This document shows, piece by piece, positions 38,860-52,052 of a stretch of 60,000 nt of DNA. Below the pieces are notes generated by a model, which was not told the DNA's origin, did no database searches, and saw nothing but the letters and a program-made list of their open reading frames with translations. The stretch is from Botryllus schlosseri (taxonomy: Eukaryota): assembly GCA_051294905.1 (NCBI GenBank), contig CM119373.1:4776001-4836000 (forward strand), given 5' to 3'. Within the stretch, counting starts at the first letter, position 1. The number at the start of each line of letters is the position of its first letter. The position numbers were made by a program, and so were the translations under genes.

Positions 38860-40951
38860 TAACACAGTCAACGTGTATCATTTTGCGTGTTATTTAGAGC
38901 GGTGCGCGTGTAGTTTGAGAAGGTTGGTTCGCATATCAGCAGTATCGCCAGTCGAAAGCAGCGTGAAACCATCGTGAGGCGTAAATTTGAAGTTCGTCGC
39001 GCAAGGCTCGCGTAACCATTGGAAAACGCGTCTGGCCATGAGAATACTGCTGTCACATGTCGTTTGGTAACGGGGGAGTCGCGTATGCGTTACAGACGAT
39101 AACCACATAGACATAGACTCAAATGACGTCTGAAAAATGTACGGCATCAACGCTAGCCATCCTAACGAAAATGACGTCGATGGACCACGGCCGAGTTCGG
39201 AGTAATCACGACACGAATCTCGCCGGAATGATTGCGTATGACTACACGTTCTTTTTTTGGTTACAGTGAAGCCGGTGGACGGCACGAGGAACCTGCCCGC
39301 ACCTCGCTTGCCGACGACCTGCAAAGGTGTGTTGACGAGTTTGAAACGTTGCGTTTTAATTATAAATTGTGAAATCCTTGCAGTGATAACAATTGCTCGT
39401 CCACTTCGAGCGGGAGCTCAGCTGAGTGCCCCGTTCACCCCCCAAGAGACAACAGGTATATTTCTAAGGCTCGGTGTCGTGCCCGAAGCAATCGCCATAG
39501 TCGTTGAATTGCACCTTCTTTACAGCTGCGATGAAAACGACGCGCAGATGGCCTCAAAATCGGTCGACAAGCAAGCACGGTTAGTCACACAGAATGTAAC
39601 ATCGCCGATAAAGCTGACATCTAAATTTTTTCAAGGAGTTCCGACGACGAGACGGACTCGACTGCGGCGAAATCCGCAGATGGAAAGGTCTTTTCTACGA
39701 CCCGTGAACGCACTGACACTTGCCCTATTTGTGGCATTCTTACACGAGGTCATCGGGCACGCCACATGAGGAGCGTTCACAACGAATCTCCACCAAAGAC
39801 CCGTTGGTAGGTGTTGCTGCTTGATCGTATTTTGTCTGACAATTTTAGATGACCGTGTGGATTTCTCAGGAAACCGGGTGCTTCGGCTGAACGAGCGAAC
39901 GCTAAAATTGCGCCTAGATCTCTCTGTGCGTTGTGCAAAGACAGCGTCACGACGTCATACGTGTCGTCCCACTGGCGCCGTGTTCATCAAGATCGAGTGG
40001 CAGCAGGTTCCGGTGTCGGCAGTGATGAATACAAAAGTAATTTTTCAAAGATCACTTTTGAGAGCGACATGGAAACGGTAACTTGCTCGTCGTCGTGTGT
40101 AAATGTGCACCGGGTAAATTATATTTTAACCTTACCAAGATGCTGAAAAAGTACGCTAAATTCCGGGCTGCCCGGCAGCTCGACTATCACAATACAAACA
40201 TGGTGCTCTCACGGATAAGGTCTATGTTCGGTGACTATCTTCGTACAGACGCAGAGCGCCTCATAGATTACGTTGCTGAGGGAGGGCGTGCAATATCGGC
40301 GAGCACCGTCTTCAACACCCTTAACGCCATAAAGGGTTTCATAGAGTTCGGTCAGGGTCACGACAGGCCTCTCTTGGACGCCATCGTATCGCCGGATAGT
40401 CAAGCTAGGTTGCTCCAGATCGTCGCGGGAACGTACCGATCCACCAACCTGCAGCGTAAAAAAGCCAACGCACGAAACCTCACGAGCGATATGCGAACCA
40501 TCAATGAAAACTGGTCACTATTAAAAACGTGTGTGTGATTGAGTGTCAATGGCTAAAGGTAACCTTGTTGAACATAACATCCTGTGATATTGCAGTATGC
40601 TCTCGTCGACAGACTACAAGGCAGATCTCGACAGACCGCTGACGAACGAAAACTTTCGCTTTTGCCTCGCCGCATGCATTATCGACATTTGATTGTGCAC
40701 CGGAACAAGACTTTCGTACTTCTGCCGGGTAACCGCCGACGAGCTTCTGGAACATATGACGTCGCTGACCGACGACTCCAGACTTGTGATACAGAGTGAA
40801 TTTAACACAAATTTCTATCACACAAATCGAAGGGCACATACTAAGTCTGACATGTGACAACATGAACGCTGGTATCATCACAATGATGTAACAATGGCGT
40901 ATCCGGATTTTGACACTTGACATATGATGGAGCGTAGATAACTCTGTCCAT
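38860..40951 (-). pseudogene. Multi-exon gene encoding two C2H2-like zinc fingers plus a tyrosine-recombinase-like domain, disrupted by an internal inversion (39139-40719 now reads on +)
   Basis: Eight frame-preserving GT-AG introns: 40841-40783 (-), 39202-39266, 39327-39383, 39456-39525, 39580-39635, 39807-39869, 40078-40139 and 40529-40595. Zinc fingers CPICG...RHMRSVH and CALCKD...SHWRRVH. YR-like segments SASTVFNTLNAIKGFIEF, ENFRFCLAACIID, HRNKT, KFTPHD and NLLKLHAHRS. Confidence 0.72.
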
Positions 40952-41048
40952 ACCAAATTTTATGTAGATCCGTCGCCAAAAACGTGTCCAAAATAGATAA
41001 CTATGAATTATAGCGCTTGTAATTTCAACCAAATACGCGAGAAGCTTA

Positions 41049-41380
41049 TCGTGTTTCGATGAGCGCAGTTCCGGAAACCAACATTTGTAGTAAATGTCGA
41101 CGATATCCCTAGACGAAGCTTGTATAGTACCTTAATCGTGCCAAATATTAAAGGTATACCATATGTCTTTCAGCTCAAACAACGCCGACTTCTGGAAGAA
41201 GGTACCACATTTTAGCGAATCGCGTATGAATCGCGTTTACGAGAATTGCAACGAAATCGCGAAAAACTCGTGTTTCGATGAGCGCAGACCCGGAAAAGAA
41301 CATTTGTAGTAGGTCAACGATATTCCTAGACGTAGCACTTACATGTGCCAAATAAGCTATAGCAAATGTCTTTCAGCTCC
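41049..41380. repeat. Diverged tandem duplication, period about 220 bp
   Basis: tcgtgtttcgatgagcgcag...acatttgtagta...atgtctttcagctc occurs twice (about 41049 and 41268). Confidence 0.7.
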
Positions 41381-42229
41381 AAAACAACGACCGCGAACTC
41401 TCACATCGAGAGTTCAGGTTGAAATTATACAGCTGTAGTCCTACCGAAGAGCCGTTAAAAGTGAAAGGAAGGGATGCGTTTTCGCGCGAAGGAGTCACGC
41501 GAAGGAGTGTCAGACTGCATGGCAAAGAAATACTGCCAGGAATCCTATCTCCAGACCCACCAAATGTAAACATGATCTTTCGCTATCCTAGATCCTGGAT
41601 ATGACATTGCAGTGCAATAATAAATCTCACAAGGCATATAAGGAAGACACAGACGTTTATTGCTTTCTCAGACATGAAATGTTACAGGAATTGACGATAT
41701 AACCCGTAAGGGTCTTGTTACTCATCATCTCCATTACTGTGAAGTAACTCCATTACTGTGAAGTAACACATATCATATCAGTGAATATAAACAGGACAGT
41801 CTGCCTTTGCAGGAAGCAGAAGCACACATATAAATTACTTAAAACACCGGTCAGTTATGGCAACATGCTCGTATTAGCAGCATATGGAATCGATAAACAC
41901 TAAACAGTGGCATAATATATCAATGCACTATTCCAACTGTACACATATATATGTACTGTACGCACAAGGCTGTGTATGTTTGTATCAAGCATCATAAACA
42001 GCGGGGCATAGAATGGTTGAAAGCTAAGCCGCAATATATTTTAAGGAGCGGAAACATGTGAACTCGGCAACAATGACTGAATTACTAAAATTCATTTAGT
42101 GGACACATATACTCTTTCACAGAAGAGAGCTAACAAAGGACATATGTTAGCATGCAACTCAATATACACACGATTCAAGTTCAGCACAACAATACATACG
42201 ATTCACCGTCAGCACATAGTCTCAACAGG

Positions 42230-44400
42230 CTGTGAATGAAGAATTAAAGTCTCAACAGGCTGTGAATGAAGAATTAATAACAATAAGAGTGAATCGATAC
42301 AACTTAAACATATGCTTCTGGGAGCTTCGGTGCAAAAAACTGGAAAATACTATTCAAAGATGTCTGGCATCGAGGGGAGGCAGAGTTGTAGTTGTCAAAG
42401 ACATGATGAGACTGGATGTTTGGAACAACTAATCAACGCACAGGGTAATCAGAGATATAAACATGCCCACTGTATTTTATTATTTACTTACAATTAGCAT
42501 CAAAAATGTTGTCGCAGTAAATTTCACTAGCGCAGAAAATGATAATGAAATTTAACAACATAACTATTTTACAACCAACAACTTTCACCGCTCGAAAGGC
42601 TGTTGCTGTCGTGCAGCAGAACTGCGAGAGAGCAAATTACTATACATCACTAAACCCGTACACTTGAAGTTATTCCAACGGAAGTATACAACGACTACTA
42701 GGTGAACGGAGCATTTACAAAAAGTTTACAAAATTTACAATGACTACATGAGATGAATTTTTTCCAGTAAGTTGAAGAGGGACGCAAAGGGGAGAAAGGA
42801 CATGATCCGATTTGTCATCCGAAGCGAATAGAATTGCACGGAGAATGGTAAAACATGCTAGGATCGGCTTCCTGGCTAAGAATGAGGTCTGCGCCTCTAT
42901 TGCAATCTATCACACATAGCGCAGAATATACATGATATTGCTGTACTGAACAAAAATCCTGTCATAAGGATGAGTGGTTAAGGATATGCTCAGATTAGAC
43001 GTCATCAGGGCAGTAGCATAGCGCAGTAGCAATAATGCATGTTCTTCAACTGGGAGATCCTGTTCAAAGATCAATTTAAAAGAACCACCTACAGATTGCA
43101 GAGACATGACCCAATTTGTCATTCGAAGCCAAGTTGCAATAAATTTCACTAGCGCAGAAAACGAAATCTTGCATCTCGTGCTTTCAAATACTAGCAAGGT
43201 TACATTGCCCAGTGTTCCCTATGGCGACATGCAGAGACATGACCCGACAGCAGAGATGCCACTGGGATATTTCGTAAAAACCCAGATTGGGGACGCTAAA
43301 TGAACCCAGATCTTATATTTACTCAAATCTTTATGCGATAGCTGTGAAACTGGAAATACAGTCATGGACGTAAGTATTATGCCTTGATATTGAAATCCTC
43401 ACAGTTCATACAATAAATTCGGTTCATCGGCTCAGTCAACACTGCAAATCTCACAAAAATATGTCGTTTCCGTCGTGACGCATTGCAGTGAAACAATAGG
43501 TGCGCATCGCCAATACTCTGAATAATGAATAATGCCAGGCCCTATCTCTTTGTTCATAACGAACACACCTTCACGTCCGATATTTTTCGTTTGTTCATAA
43601 CGAACACACCTTCACGTCCGATATTTTACGTAAGATAAATCATCGTGCCCTCAAAAGCTTTAAGCCCGATTACGTCTTCATGGTGCTTCAGTAGGTAGAA
43701 TCGAATATCGTTGTTGTCTATGTCAGGAGTGGTACTGGTACACCACGGATTGAGCGCATTTCACACGGACACGGTTGGCATGAGATGAAATCGTTCTACC
43801 ACGGCCAACACAGGCCTGGATTCCCTGTTGAGGGTACCGGTAGTTGTTAGCCATATTTACTTGAACGCTTGAATGATGACTGCAAGCAGAACAGACTCTT
43901 ATTCAACAGAAAACGCCAGCAGTATTGATGAGCCTGATCATTTATCGGGTATCTGAATGGTTTGATGCTATCCCTCGTGACGATTAACTCTATTGATCTC
44001 TGTAGTTAGAGTATGGAAGGTTAAAACAGTTACCATGTCTCTTTCGTCAAAGCTTAACTATTGAAAGTTGCATTATTCCAGAACTTCTCAAAACTCGCAC
44101 GTCCGTCACTATACAACAGGGGTTTATATAGCTCAGTGGGTTAAACCCGCTCAGACACCAGCCGCCGACAGGAGGGAGGAAAATGCCTAGTCTTTAGCAA
44201 CGTTATATGATATCATAATTACCCAGTAAGGGTTACAACGTTGCTGAATTGCATTACAACTTCCAGTTCCGCATCAGAAACCAAGTAAGAGTGTCAGAGA
44301 CATGCTACGATTGGATTCCAGGCGTGCAAATTACTATACATAGCTGCACCGCTTGCCCAATACATAGCTGCACCGCTTGCCCAATGTAACAATGTTTGGA
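42230..44400 (+). pseudogene. Paralog of region 1-1545 (repeat-motif protein relic), rearranged
   Basis: 42732-42880 matches 17-165; 42910-43250 matches 1040-1470; 44165-44245 matches 1466-1545. Motifs KDMMRLDVW, DMLRLDVIRA and RDMLRLDSRRANY. Confidence 0.55.
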
Positions 44401-45813
44401 ACTTTAAGTTGCTTTACTTTGTACTTCGCTCCCTTTCGGCATTCTTATTTTTTCTTCCAGAAGAAACCTGAAAGCACAATCAAGACTGATACACTACAAA
44501 AAAGTAGAAAAATTTGGTTCTGGTGTAAGACCTCAGGATGATCTGGTCCCATAATTCAGACCGATTCAGCATGACAAGTTGTCCCGACATCGTCTTAAAA
44601 AGAAGACAAATAAACGTGCTTATCAAGGTAGTTTTGTCTGCATTAGTGTTTCAGTATCAGTTGTTTTCAAGACAGATATTGTTAATTATGAAACATGATG
44701 GTTGGTTATTGGTAATTATGAAACATGATGGTTGGTTAATGAAGTTGTCATGAGAGCACAAGACACCACTATGGAATAGGTGTCTTGTGCAAACCAAAGA
44801 TTTTACCGACTACAAACGGTTGTTATGCTGAGAACATTTATCAGAGCGGTTATATATGCTGACCTACTCTACTTGCGAGTTGTCAGGAAGGCAAATCATC
44901 TTAAGCGAGGTCATACGGACGATCGGCAGTGTTCAGCGCCGCGCGCACTCGGACAAAGCGGAACTTATTTCGATTTCCTCAGTATCCAGGTTACGAGAGT
45001 CCTTCAGGAATCAAGAATATGGTTAACTGGAACCAAAATGCATTATAGGTGCACATTCGAACCTTAACTAACAAATGAAACTTACCGACTTTCCCCGTGA
45101 CTGCTCGTTACCGACTTTCCCGTGACTGCTCTTCGCGACTTAATTATAGGTAATTTGAACACGATCTCATAAAACAGGTGAATTTGAACACGATCTCATA
45201 AAACAGGTGAATGACTCCATCAGGAGCTGTGAAGCGCCTTGTATAATCGTTGACTGTAATCTTCAAGTCAGGATATCACGTGCGTGCCACGTGAGCGACT
45301 TCACTTTTCCCTACTTCAGTAACACCGTGATACCCCCCACGTGGTTTCAACGATATCGGTCGAAGAGGAAAAGCGGGATCTACACTAGCAAGTAGCTTGA
45401 GGCTTTTATTGACGTGAGGCGTGCAAACTAGTGCCCATAGCGCGGCTGTACATTTCAAAGCACTTAAAGGTTCTTCAAGGTACACAACTTCAATACACAA
45501 TTGACTAATAGATATATTCTATAGTACTTATATGACACTCATCACGGGTAATCGCCAGCAACTAGTAGATAATATGAATGAACACTGTATGCATATTAAC
45601 AATAACAATATAGTATTTTTAGATTGTACAACGAAAATCGATGGTAAGGAAAGTCGATTCTCAAGCTGTGGGGACGAAGACTGACTGAAAAAGACATGTT
45701 ACGATGGATGAAAATGAACTCCAATGACTGGCCGCCGCGTCCACACCAACATTTCGTTCTAAGTTGATTAAAAGTCGAGCATTGAAGCTTGTTTAGCATT
45801 GATATATATATAT

Positions 45814-46165
45814 TAGGGCTGTTCAAAAATAGCTTTTTTTCCTGAATCTTGATGGTTACGTGATTAAATCGTTAGGTTGCCTTAAAAAACGACGCACACC
45901 AAATTTTAATTCATTCCAACCAATAATCGCGGATTTCGTACAGTTTGAAAATTTCGAATTTACCCAAAGATGCAAAAAAATTTTTTTGTCAAATTTTTCT
46001 GCCAACCCCGTGAAATTGTTGCGCTGTCTTCAAAGACGATGCAAAACAAATTTGACTCAATTCCAACCCGTAGAAGCGGAGTTGTTTGAGTTTTTCTTCG
46101 ATATTTCGGGGATTATCCTTGATCGGTGGATAATCCAAGAATTATCACCGAAAAACTCAAATAAC
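45814..46165 (+). mobile_element. Left terminal fragment of the TAGGGCTGTTCAAAAAT element
   Basis: High identity to 3763-4095. Confidence 0.75.
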
Positions 46166-46189
46166 GTAATAAATTTGTTTCGGTATTCT

Positions 46190-46506
46190 CCACTCCACCC
46201 GGCGATCAGTGTTCCCCATGATCACCTTCTCCTTTGATTTCTCTCTTACTTCTTTGTTGGAAGAAAGAAAGGAACTTTCTTCAACTGCGATCAATTCTTC
46301 TTACACGCTTCGATATGTCTTCGAAGATGCGACGTACCACTTGTCAACTTGTGATGCTTTAGCTGAACATTGTAATTTTGACATCTCGCAAACCCAGTAT
46401 ACTGGCCGTTATTATCATGCAGCATCAGAGTGAAATCCTTCCACACGTCACTCCTTTCCTGCGTCTTTGTGGGTAACCCACTTGACGTCGACGGTGCTCC
46501 AGCCAT
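46190..46506 (-). pseudogene. BED zinc-finger fragment (hAT transposase N-terminus)
   Basis: SDVWKDF...FARCQNY...SGTSHLRRHIEAC fits the BED pattern S.VW..F...A.C..C...GTS.L.RH, with one Cys lost. Confidence 0.75.
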
Positions 46507-48466
46507 TATATGTAAAACGACGAAGGAAGACCAGTCAGTTCGAACTAACTACAACTAACACCACTGAAATCGACGATCACATCACAGGTTTCAGTAAATT
46601 AAGTTGATGGAACTGTACTGCACTAAACATACATGATGATTGATGCGTCACTGACGCACCGATCGACGCTCCTTGGAGTTGAGGTGACTTCCAATTTTGA
46701 AGCTGATACATGATATCTGGAATTTGGAGTCTGAGACAGACCAGCAGCAGAAACTTGATTGCGGTGCTGATTTTTCTTATCACATCACAGTCATTTCTCC
46801 ATCAAACCAAACATTACATGACGAAATTTCAGAAGAGTTCTGGATGACTGACTACGTCAATCAATATTGAAGGAAGCGTAGTTGATGCGAGCAGAGCAAA
46901 GCAAACGGTAGTAGTTATTTGTGGCTGTTCAGAAATTCGGAATATTTTGTTTTTACAGGGTAAGATCAGCTTACGTTAGTGATTTATGTATTGTTGAAAT
47001 CTTTAAAGCGGGCTTAGATGCTGGTATGCCTCTGTGAGCGGATCTTACTAGCGAAAATTCGTCGCAATGTCATTAAATCATTGTAACACATTGCATAAGT
47101 TATTATGTTTTCCATCCAGAAACTTGCTTGTTGTATGTATATTTCTCACAGATATAAAGGTAATATTGATGTAACACTTATTATCGATATCTCTCACTGC
47201 AAATTGCAAGTACGATGAAAGTTGCGAAAAGTTATCACAAAAGTGGTACCGTATCGGATATTATCCTGTTCCAACTGATACCAACGTTGGGAATACATTT
47301 TCACAAGATGGACCTATTACTGCGTTGAATGTCATCAGGATAATGGGATATATTCCGTTATGATCATGAACTTGCTGGAAGAATCAGGGTAGCTAAAGGT
47401 TGTACCATTGGGAAGCCCCTCTGTATGTTGCTGATTGTAAATGTTTCGCACAATTACTGGGGTAGCATGAAAATGAGTCACGAAGGAAATATGGAAGGAG
47501 GAATGTGACTATAGAAGACTGCAATGACAGCAACGTGGAAGATTCTGGAGATCATATCTCATAATACAGTGACATTCAGCTGTGCATTCAAAGACTGCAT
47601 CTCAAGGCAGGGAGCAACTGATGCACTGCGAATGATATTGGGCGGCTTTAATTTTGTGAACTACAGACACTGCTCAACGTAAATGCCTTGCTAGATCACT
47701 AGGTTAGTTACTCTCCAGTCCCCAATTGCAGTACAGATGGCTGATTTTTATGCACTAGGCAATCATTTTTGCATGTTACCCGTCATATTACAACTTTACA
47801 AGGTGTCAACTGTCTGTGTTTTGGTTTGTAATCAATAGTGTCTTCTGGTCAGAGCTATCGAGAGATATCGGGGGCAAAACTTACAACACTCCGGAAAAAT
47901 ATCTGTAGTAAACTCCGAGCCCACTCCGAGTATCACAAAATTGGCAAAACTCCGCTCCGGAAACACTCCGACTCCGCTCCGATGCTCATCACTGGTGTAT
48001 TCACAGCGTGTTGACCAAGTCACCGAGTACTGCATGAATAAGTCAATCCTACTTTGACAGCCGAAAAATATTCGGGTTTATTCCAATATAAATATACTAT
48101 TCAAATGTTTATTGAAGTTCTGTTCCCTCGAGAAGCTTTTCTCACTTCACACCTGGAATGGCCTCATTTTGAAAACAATACCACCGATAGACCAACGACC
48201 TCATAAATCTTAATGCAATGTATGGATTACTGGAACGACGGCAACTTCCGCATTGTGTGATAACTTCACTATGAGCTGAAATAACCTCCGATACAATGGT
48301 AATTACCGGCCCCAATTTGCATCACATACATTGCAATTGAAATTATAATTGTATTAAATGAAATGAAACAGCGCGTCAGATGAACAAATGGGATCATGTC
48401 ATTCATCGGACTTCGTCACTGCGTTGCCACGTTTATCATTTGCCCAGGCACACCTGAAATAAAATA

Positions 48467-50290
48467 ACATAAATTCAATATTTCTTCAATGACAAGTTCC
48501 AAGAAACCCAAATTTGAGAACTGTAGCATAGAAAGTCTAGTGTGATGTTCACCCCTACAAAAATCTCGGTACGTTTCGCCTAATATGTAACACGTGAGCA
48601 GCGATTTTTCTCCAAGTTAGTGTTAATTCAGTGAAAAAGAGTAAATTCAATGAAAAAGAATTGTGAGACACAGATTCCACAGCTCAATGATCACACACAC
48701 CAAATAGTGAGCTCCACAGCATAGTTAAAGAAATGCAGCACTCAAAAGCTTAGTTTGGGAACACCAAATAGTGAGCTCCACAGCATAGTTAGAGAAATGC
48801 AGCACTCAAAAGCTTAGTTTGGGAAATGCAGCAATGCAGCAATCTGATAAATGTAACGAAAGTGTACCTTGGCGTCCTCTTATATGCTCGTTTGACTTCT
48901 TCTGCGCTGGTTAAAATTATTGCGACTTTGCTTAGAATGGCACATTCCGCGGCGAGTATTCAAGAAGACACGAACGGCTCACATCAATGGAGGCCTTCGC
49001 TCCTAGCTCTCAGTCTTCGACTGACATCGTTGACATGGAAATGTCTCGAAACTTTCAATTTTGATGCGGTAAACTTTGAAAGTCGACATGGAAGAAATTG
49101 TTTGGAAATGTCAATCTAATGAGAAATTTGCTGTTACCTTCTTTGTAAACAATTCGCAAGAATATTGTTTTTCGAAAGAAATGCACCATTGCCGTTTGCT
49201 AGGTACTCAATATCCTGCTAAAATACAACACTTGTTGCATTGTTACGGGCGATAAGAAGTCCAAATCAGACCATGAGCTCTGTCTCACAACAAGATCCGG
49301 AAAACACGTTCAAAAATCACATGATATTTGACTTTTCAATTCAATTAATGGAGCAGCGTCTAACTTTTTCCGATTCACAACTGAGACATATAAAATTTTG
49401 ATATATTCGGCATACCAGCACGAAATTTGACATGAATAGGCACTTGAGAACCACTACTATGCCATACAGTACATAAATCGGCCTTAGTCGCTCAAGAGAA
49501 TTATCAACGTACTGTACTGCCATACCCAATCCCGATTTCTACTGGCTCGAACCCACCGGTTGTGATGAAGGCAGTAGCATTTGCTTTAAACACGCTACAC
49601 GCTCGGCCTTCTCCTTGAGCTCCTCACACACGGCGTTCGACTCTAGCTGCAAAGTTCAATCGAAGATCAGACCACGATGCAGCAAACGCCTCGTGACAAC
49701 ACAGCGTCCGCAGGTGGTCAGTAATGAAGTACTACTTTTCTGAGTACTCAAGACTACATAACTTCTAACTGAAATACTTTCTCTTTAAGGTAAGATTTTG
49801 AAAAGTATCCATGACATAAATTCAATATTTCTTATAGAAATGGGTTCTATTGGGCGATCTTGAATATAATCGACTCTTTGAATGACACTTCCAAGAAACC
49901 CAAATTCAAGAACTGTAGCATAGAAAGTCTAGTGTAAGTTCACCCCTACGGGAATCTCGGTACGTTTCGCCTAATATAACACATGAGCAGCGATGATTCT
50001 ACAAGTTAGAGTTAATTAAATGAAAACAAAGGATTGTGCGAGCAAAGGACACAGATTCCACAGCTAAATGATCACACACATCAAATTGTGAGCTCCACGG
50101 TATAGTTTGGGAAATGCACCAATCCGATAAATGTAACGAAAGTGTCTTGGCGTCCTCTTATATTGAATGATGGCATATTCCGCGGCGAGTATTCAAGAAG
50201 ACACGAACTGCTCAAGAAGACACGAACTGCTCACATCAATGGAGGCCATCGTTCCTAGCTCTCAGTCTTCGACTGACATCGTTGAAATGA
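48467..50290. repeat. Dispersed direct duplication, about 500 bp (48467-49035 and 49815-50290)
   Basis: Shared blocks acataaattcaatatttctt, ttccaagaaaccc, aagaagacacgaac and tcgactgacatcgttga. Confidence 0.8.
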
Positions 50291-50693
50291 AACCACGTGG
50301 CGAATCTCACTTCTTGCGCTTGAGTGATCCCAAGATTCAGCGTTGTTCCGAACTGACGCTCCTTGCACAATGCATTGAACACTGAATTTCAGGAAGGATA
50401 CGATAGGAAACGACGAAAATGAATGCTACGTGTGTCGGTAGCCGAGTTTTATACCTAGTTAATCTTCAATATTAAAACCTGTTCAATCCACGTTTGACGA
50501 CTACGCGTATGTGACATTGAATGCCTCGTATTGATAATACGGCAGTATTCCTCTCACTTACAACTAGAATGGTCCTAATTTGCAAACAACAACACTGATA
50601 GACCAAATATACCTCATGAATCTTAATGTCAAACAAAGCTACCAAATGGTACTCGTAAATGTAATCTTGTTTTTATTAAATCGATTTACTAGA

Positions 50694-51062
50694 TTATTAT
50701 TATTATTACACACAACAACAGTGGCGCTTATCGCCTGTGAAGGCCTTGTGCGCCACGACAATGCATTTAGTACAGTTCAGTATCTTTGCTTTCGGTCTTT
50801 TTTTGCACTTCTTTGTTCATGCTCGCGCACTCCCACACTTTCATACATTCATTCTTGCCTTCCTTGCGTTCACTTCGGGTCTCTGCTGCCGTCTTTTGGA
50901 GCTCGGCTTACTCTGCCTCTGGGCTTTTTATCAATGCACTGCGTTAGCAGCGGGATCGGCGATGAGGAGCCCAGATAAACCTCCGACACATAGAAACATG
51001 GTAGAGCCGAGACTCGAACCAGGAACCATTGGTGTCGTGACGGTGTCGCTTAGCATGCGTTT
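50694..51062 (-). mobile_element. Second tRNA-derived SINE with a (TAA)n tail
   Basis: Minus strand reads gcatgctaagcgacaccgtcacgacaccaatggttcctGGTTCGAGTCtcgg (box B) and ends in ttgttgtgtgtaataataataataat. Confidence 0.6.
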
Positions 51063-51508
51063 TTATTATCCAGCCCTTCCATCCGTATTCGCGTCATCTC
51101 GTTCTTGCTTTTAATCGCCTTGTTTCTCGTTAGCTTTCTTGCTTTTCCGTCTTTAGACCGCCTCGAAACTACGATCCGCAGTTGCTCTGCAAATTAAATC
51201 AAACGAGGCGGCAGAATTTGTAGGCGAAAAGTTATTGAATACACAAACCTACGTGCTGTAGCATCGCTAGCTGGTGCTGATTAGTTGTCTTGCTTTTCCA
51301 TGTCCATCGCCTCGAAGCTACGACCCGCAGTTGCTCGGCAAAATAAATTGAACGAGGCGGCAGAATTTGTACGCGAAAGGTTATTGATTATAAACTAACT
51401 TACGTAGCATTGTGATTGCGGTCTACCGAGTTATTGTTGTTTCGCCGAGAAATTTTATTATATCGATCTATTAGCTATGTTGACAAAGTTTTCAAGTGGA
51501 TCAGCACA

Positions 51509-52052
51509 TCAACGATTTTGACATACAGAACAAAACCATAGAAAAGACGGAATTGGAAGAGGATTAGCATGGTACCATTTGTCGCATTTCACCATTTCAG
51601 GTTGAGAATCAGAATAAGGCAGCTTGCACACACAAAATAGTGGCAGGTTTAACGTTGCGAAAGGAGCTGGTATTGGATTTTCGACAGAGAAATCCAGTAA
51701 ATAGACATTTCCTACTTCATTCATGGTGAGACAGACACATCTGCCGAAGTTGTTGCGTATAAACCACCTTTTCTGGATTTAACCCAAAACACACGGTTAT
51801 CGCATTAGTTATGGCGAAGACGCCGCAATCACTACCGTTACCTTGCTGTTGGACGCGGGGAAAAAGTACTTCTCAAGAGTGCTCGAACACGGCCTAGTAA
51901 GCATGCTGATTGAACATACGGTTTCGTCGTTATGTGCCGAAGAATTATAGGCGGAATCATACACACATACATATTTGGCCATCTGCACAGAACATGTTCG
52001 AAGCGGTGACCCCCAATGATTGTTATTTATTTGAATAAATTTTTTTCTTGCT
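51509..52052 (-). pseudogene. Ulp1-like (C48) cysteine protease plus PHD finger relic
   Basis: FIQINNNHW...VYDS...QQGNGSDCGVFAI (H/D/Q/C pattern) followed by FCVCKLPY...MVKCD(deletion)KWYH...WFCSVC. Confidence 0.8.

Noticed and set aside
39257..39769. 170-aa ORF as a single-exon gene
   Set aside because: It runs through predicted introns; the spliced model in other frames yields coherent zinc fingers.
48467..50290. LTR pair of a TRIM or solo retroelement
   Set aside because: No TG...CA ends, PBS, PPT or TSD found; treated as a local duplication.
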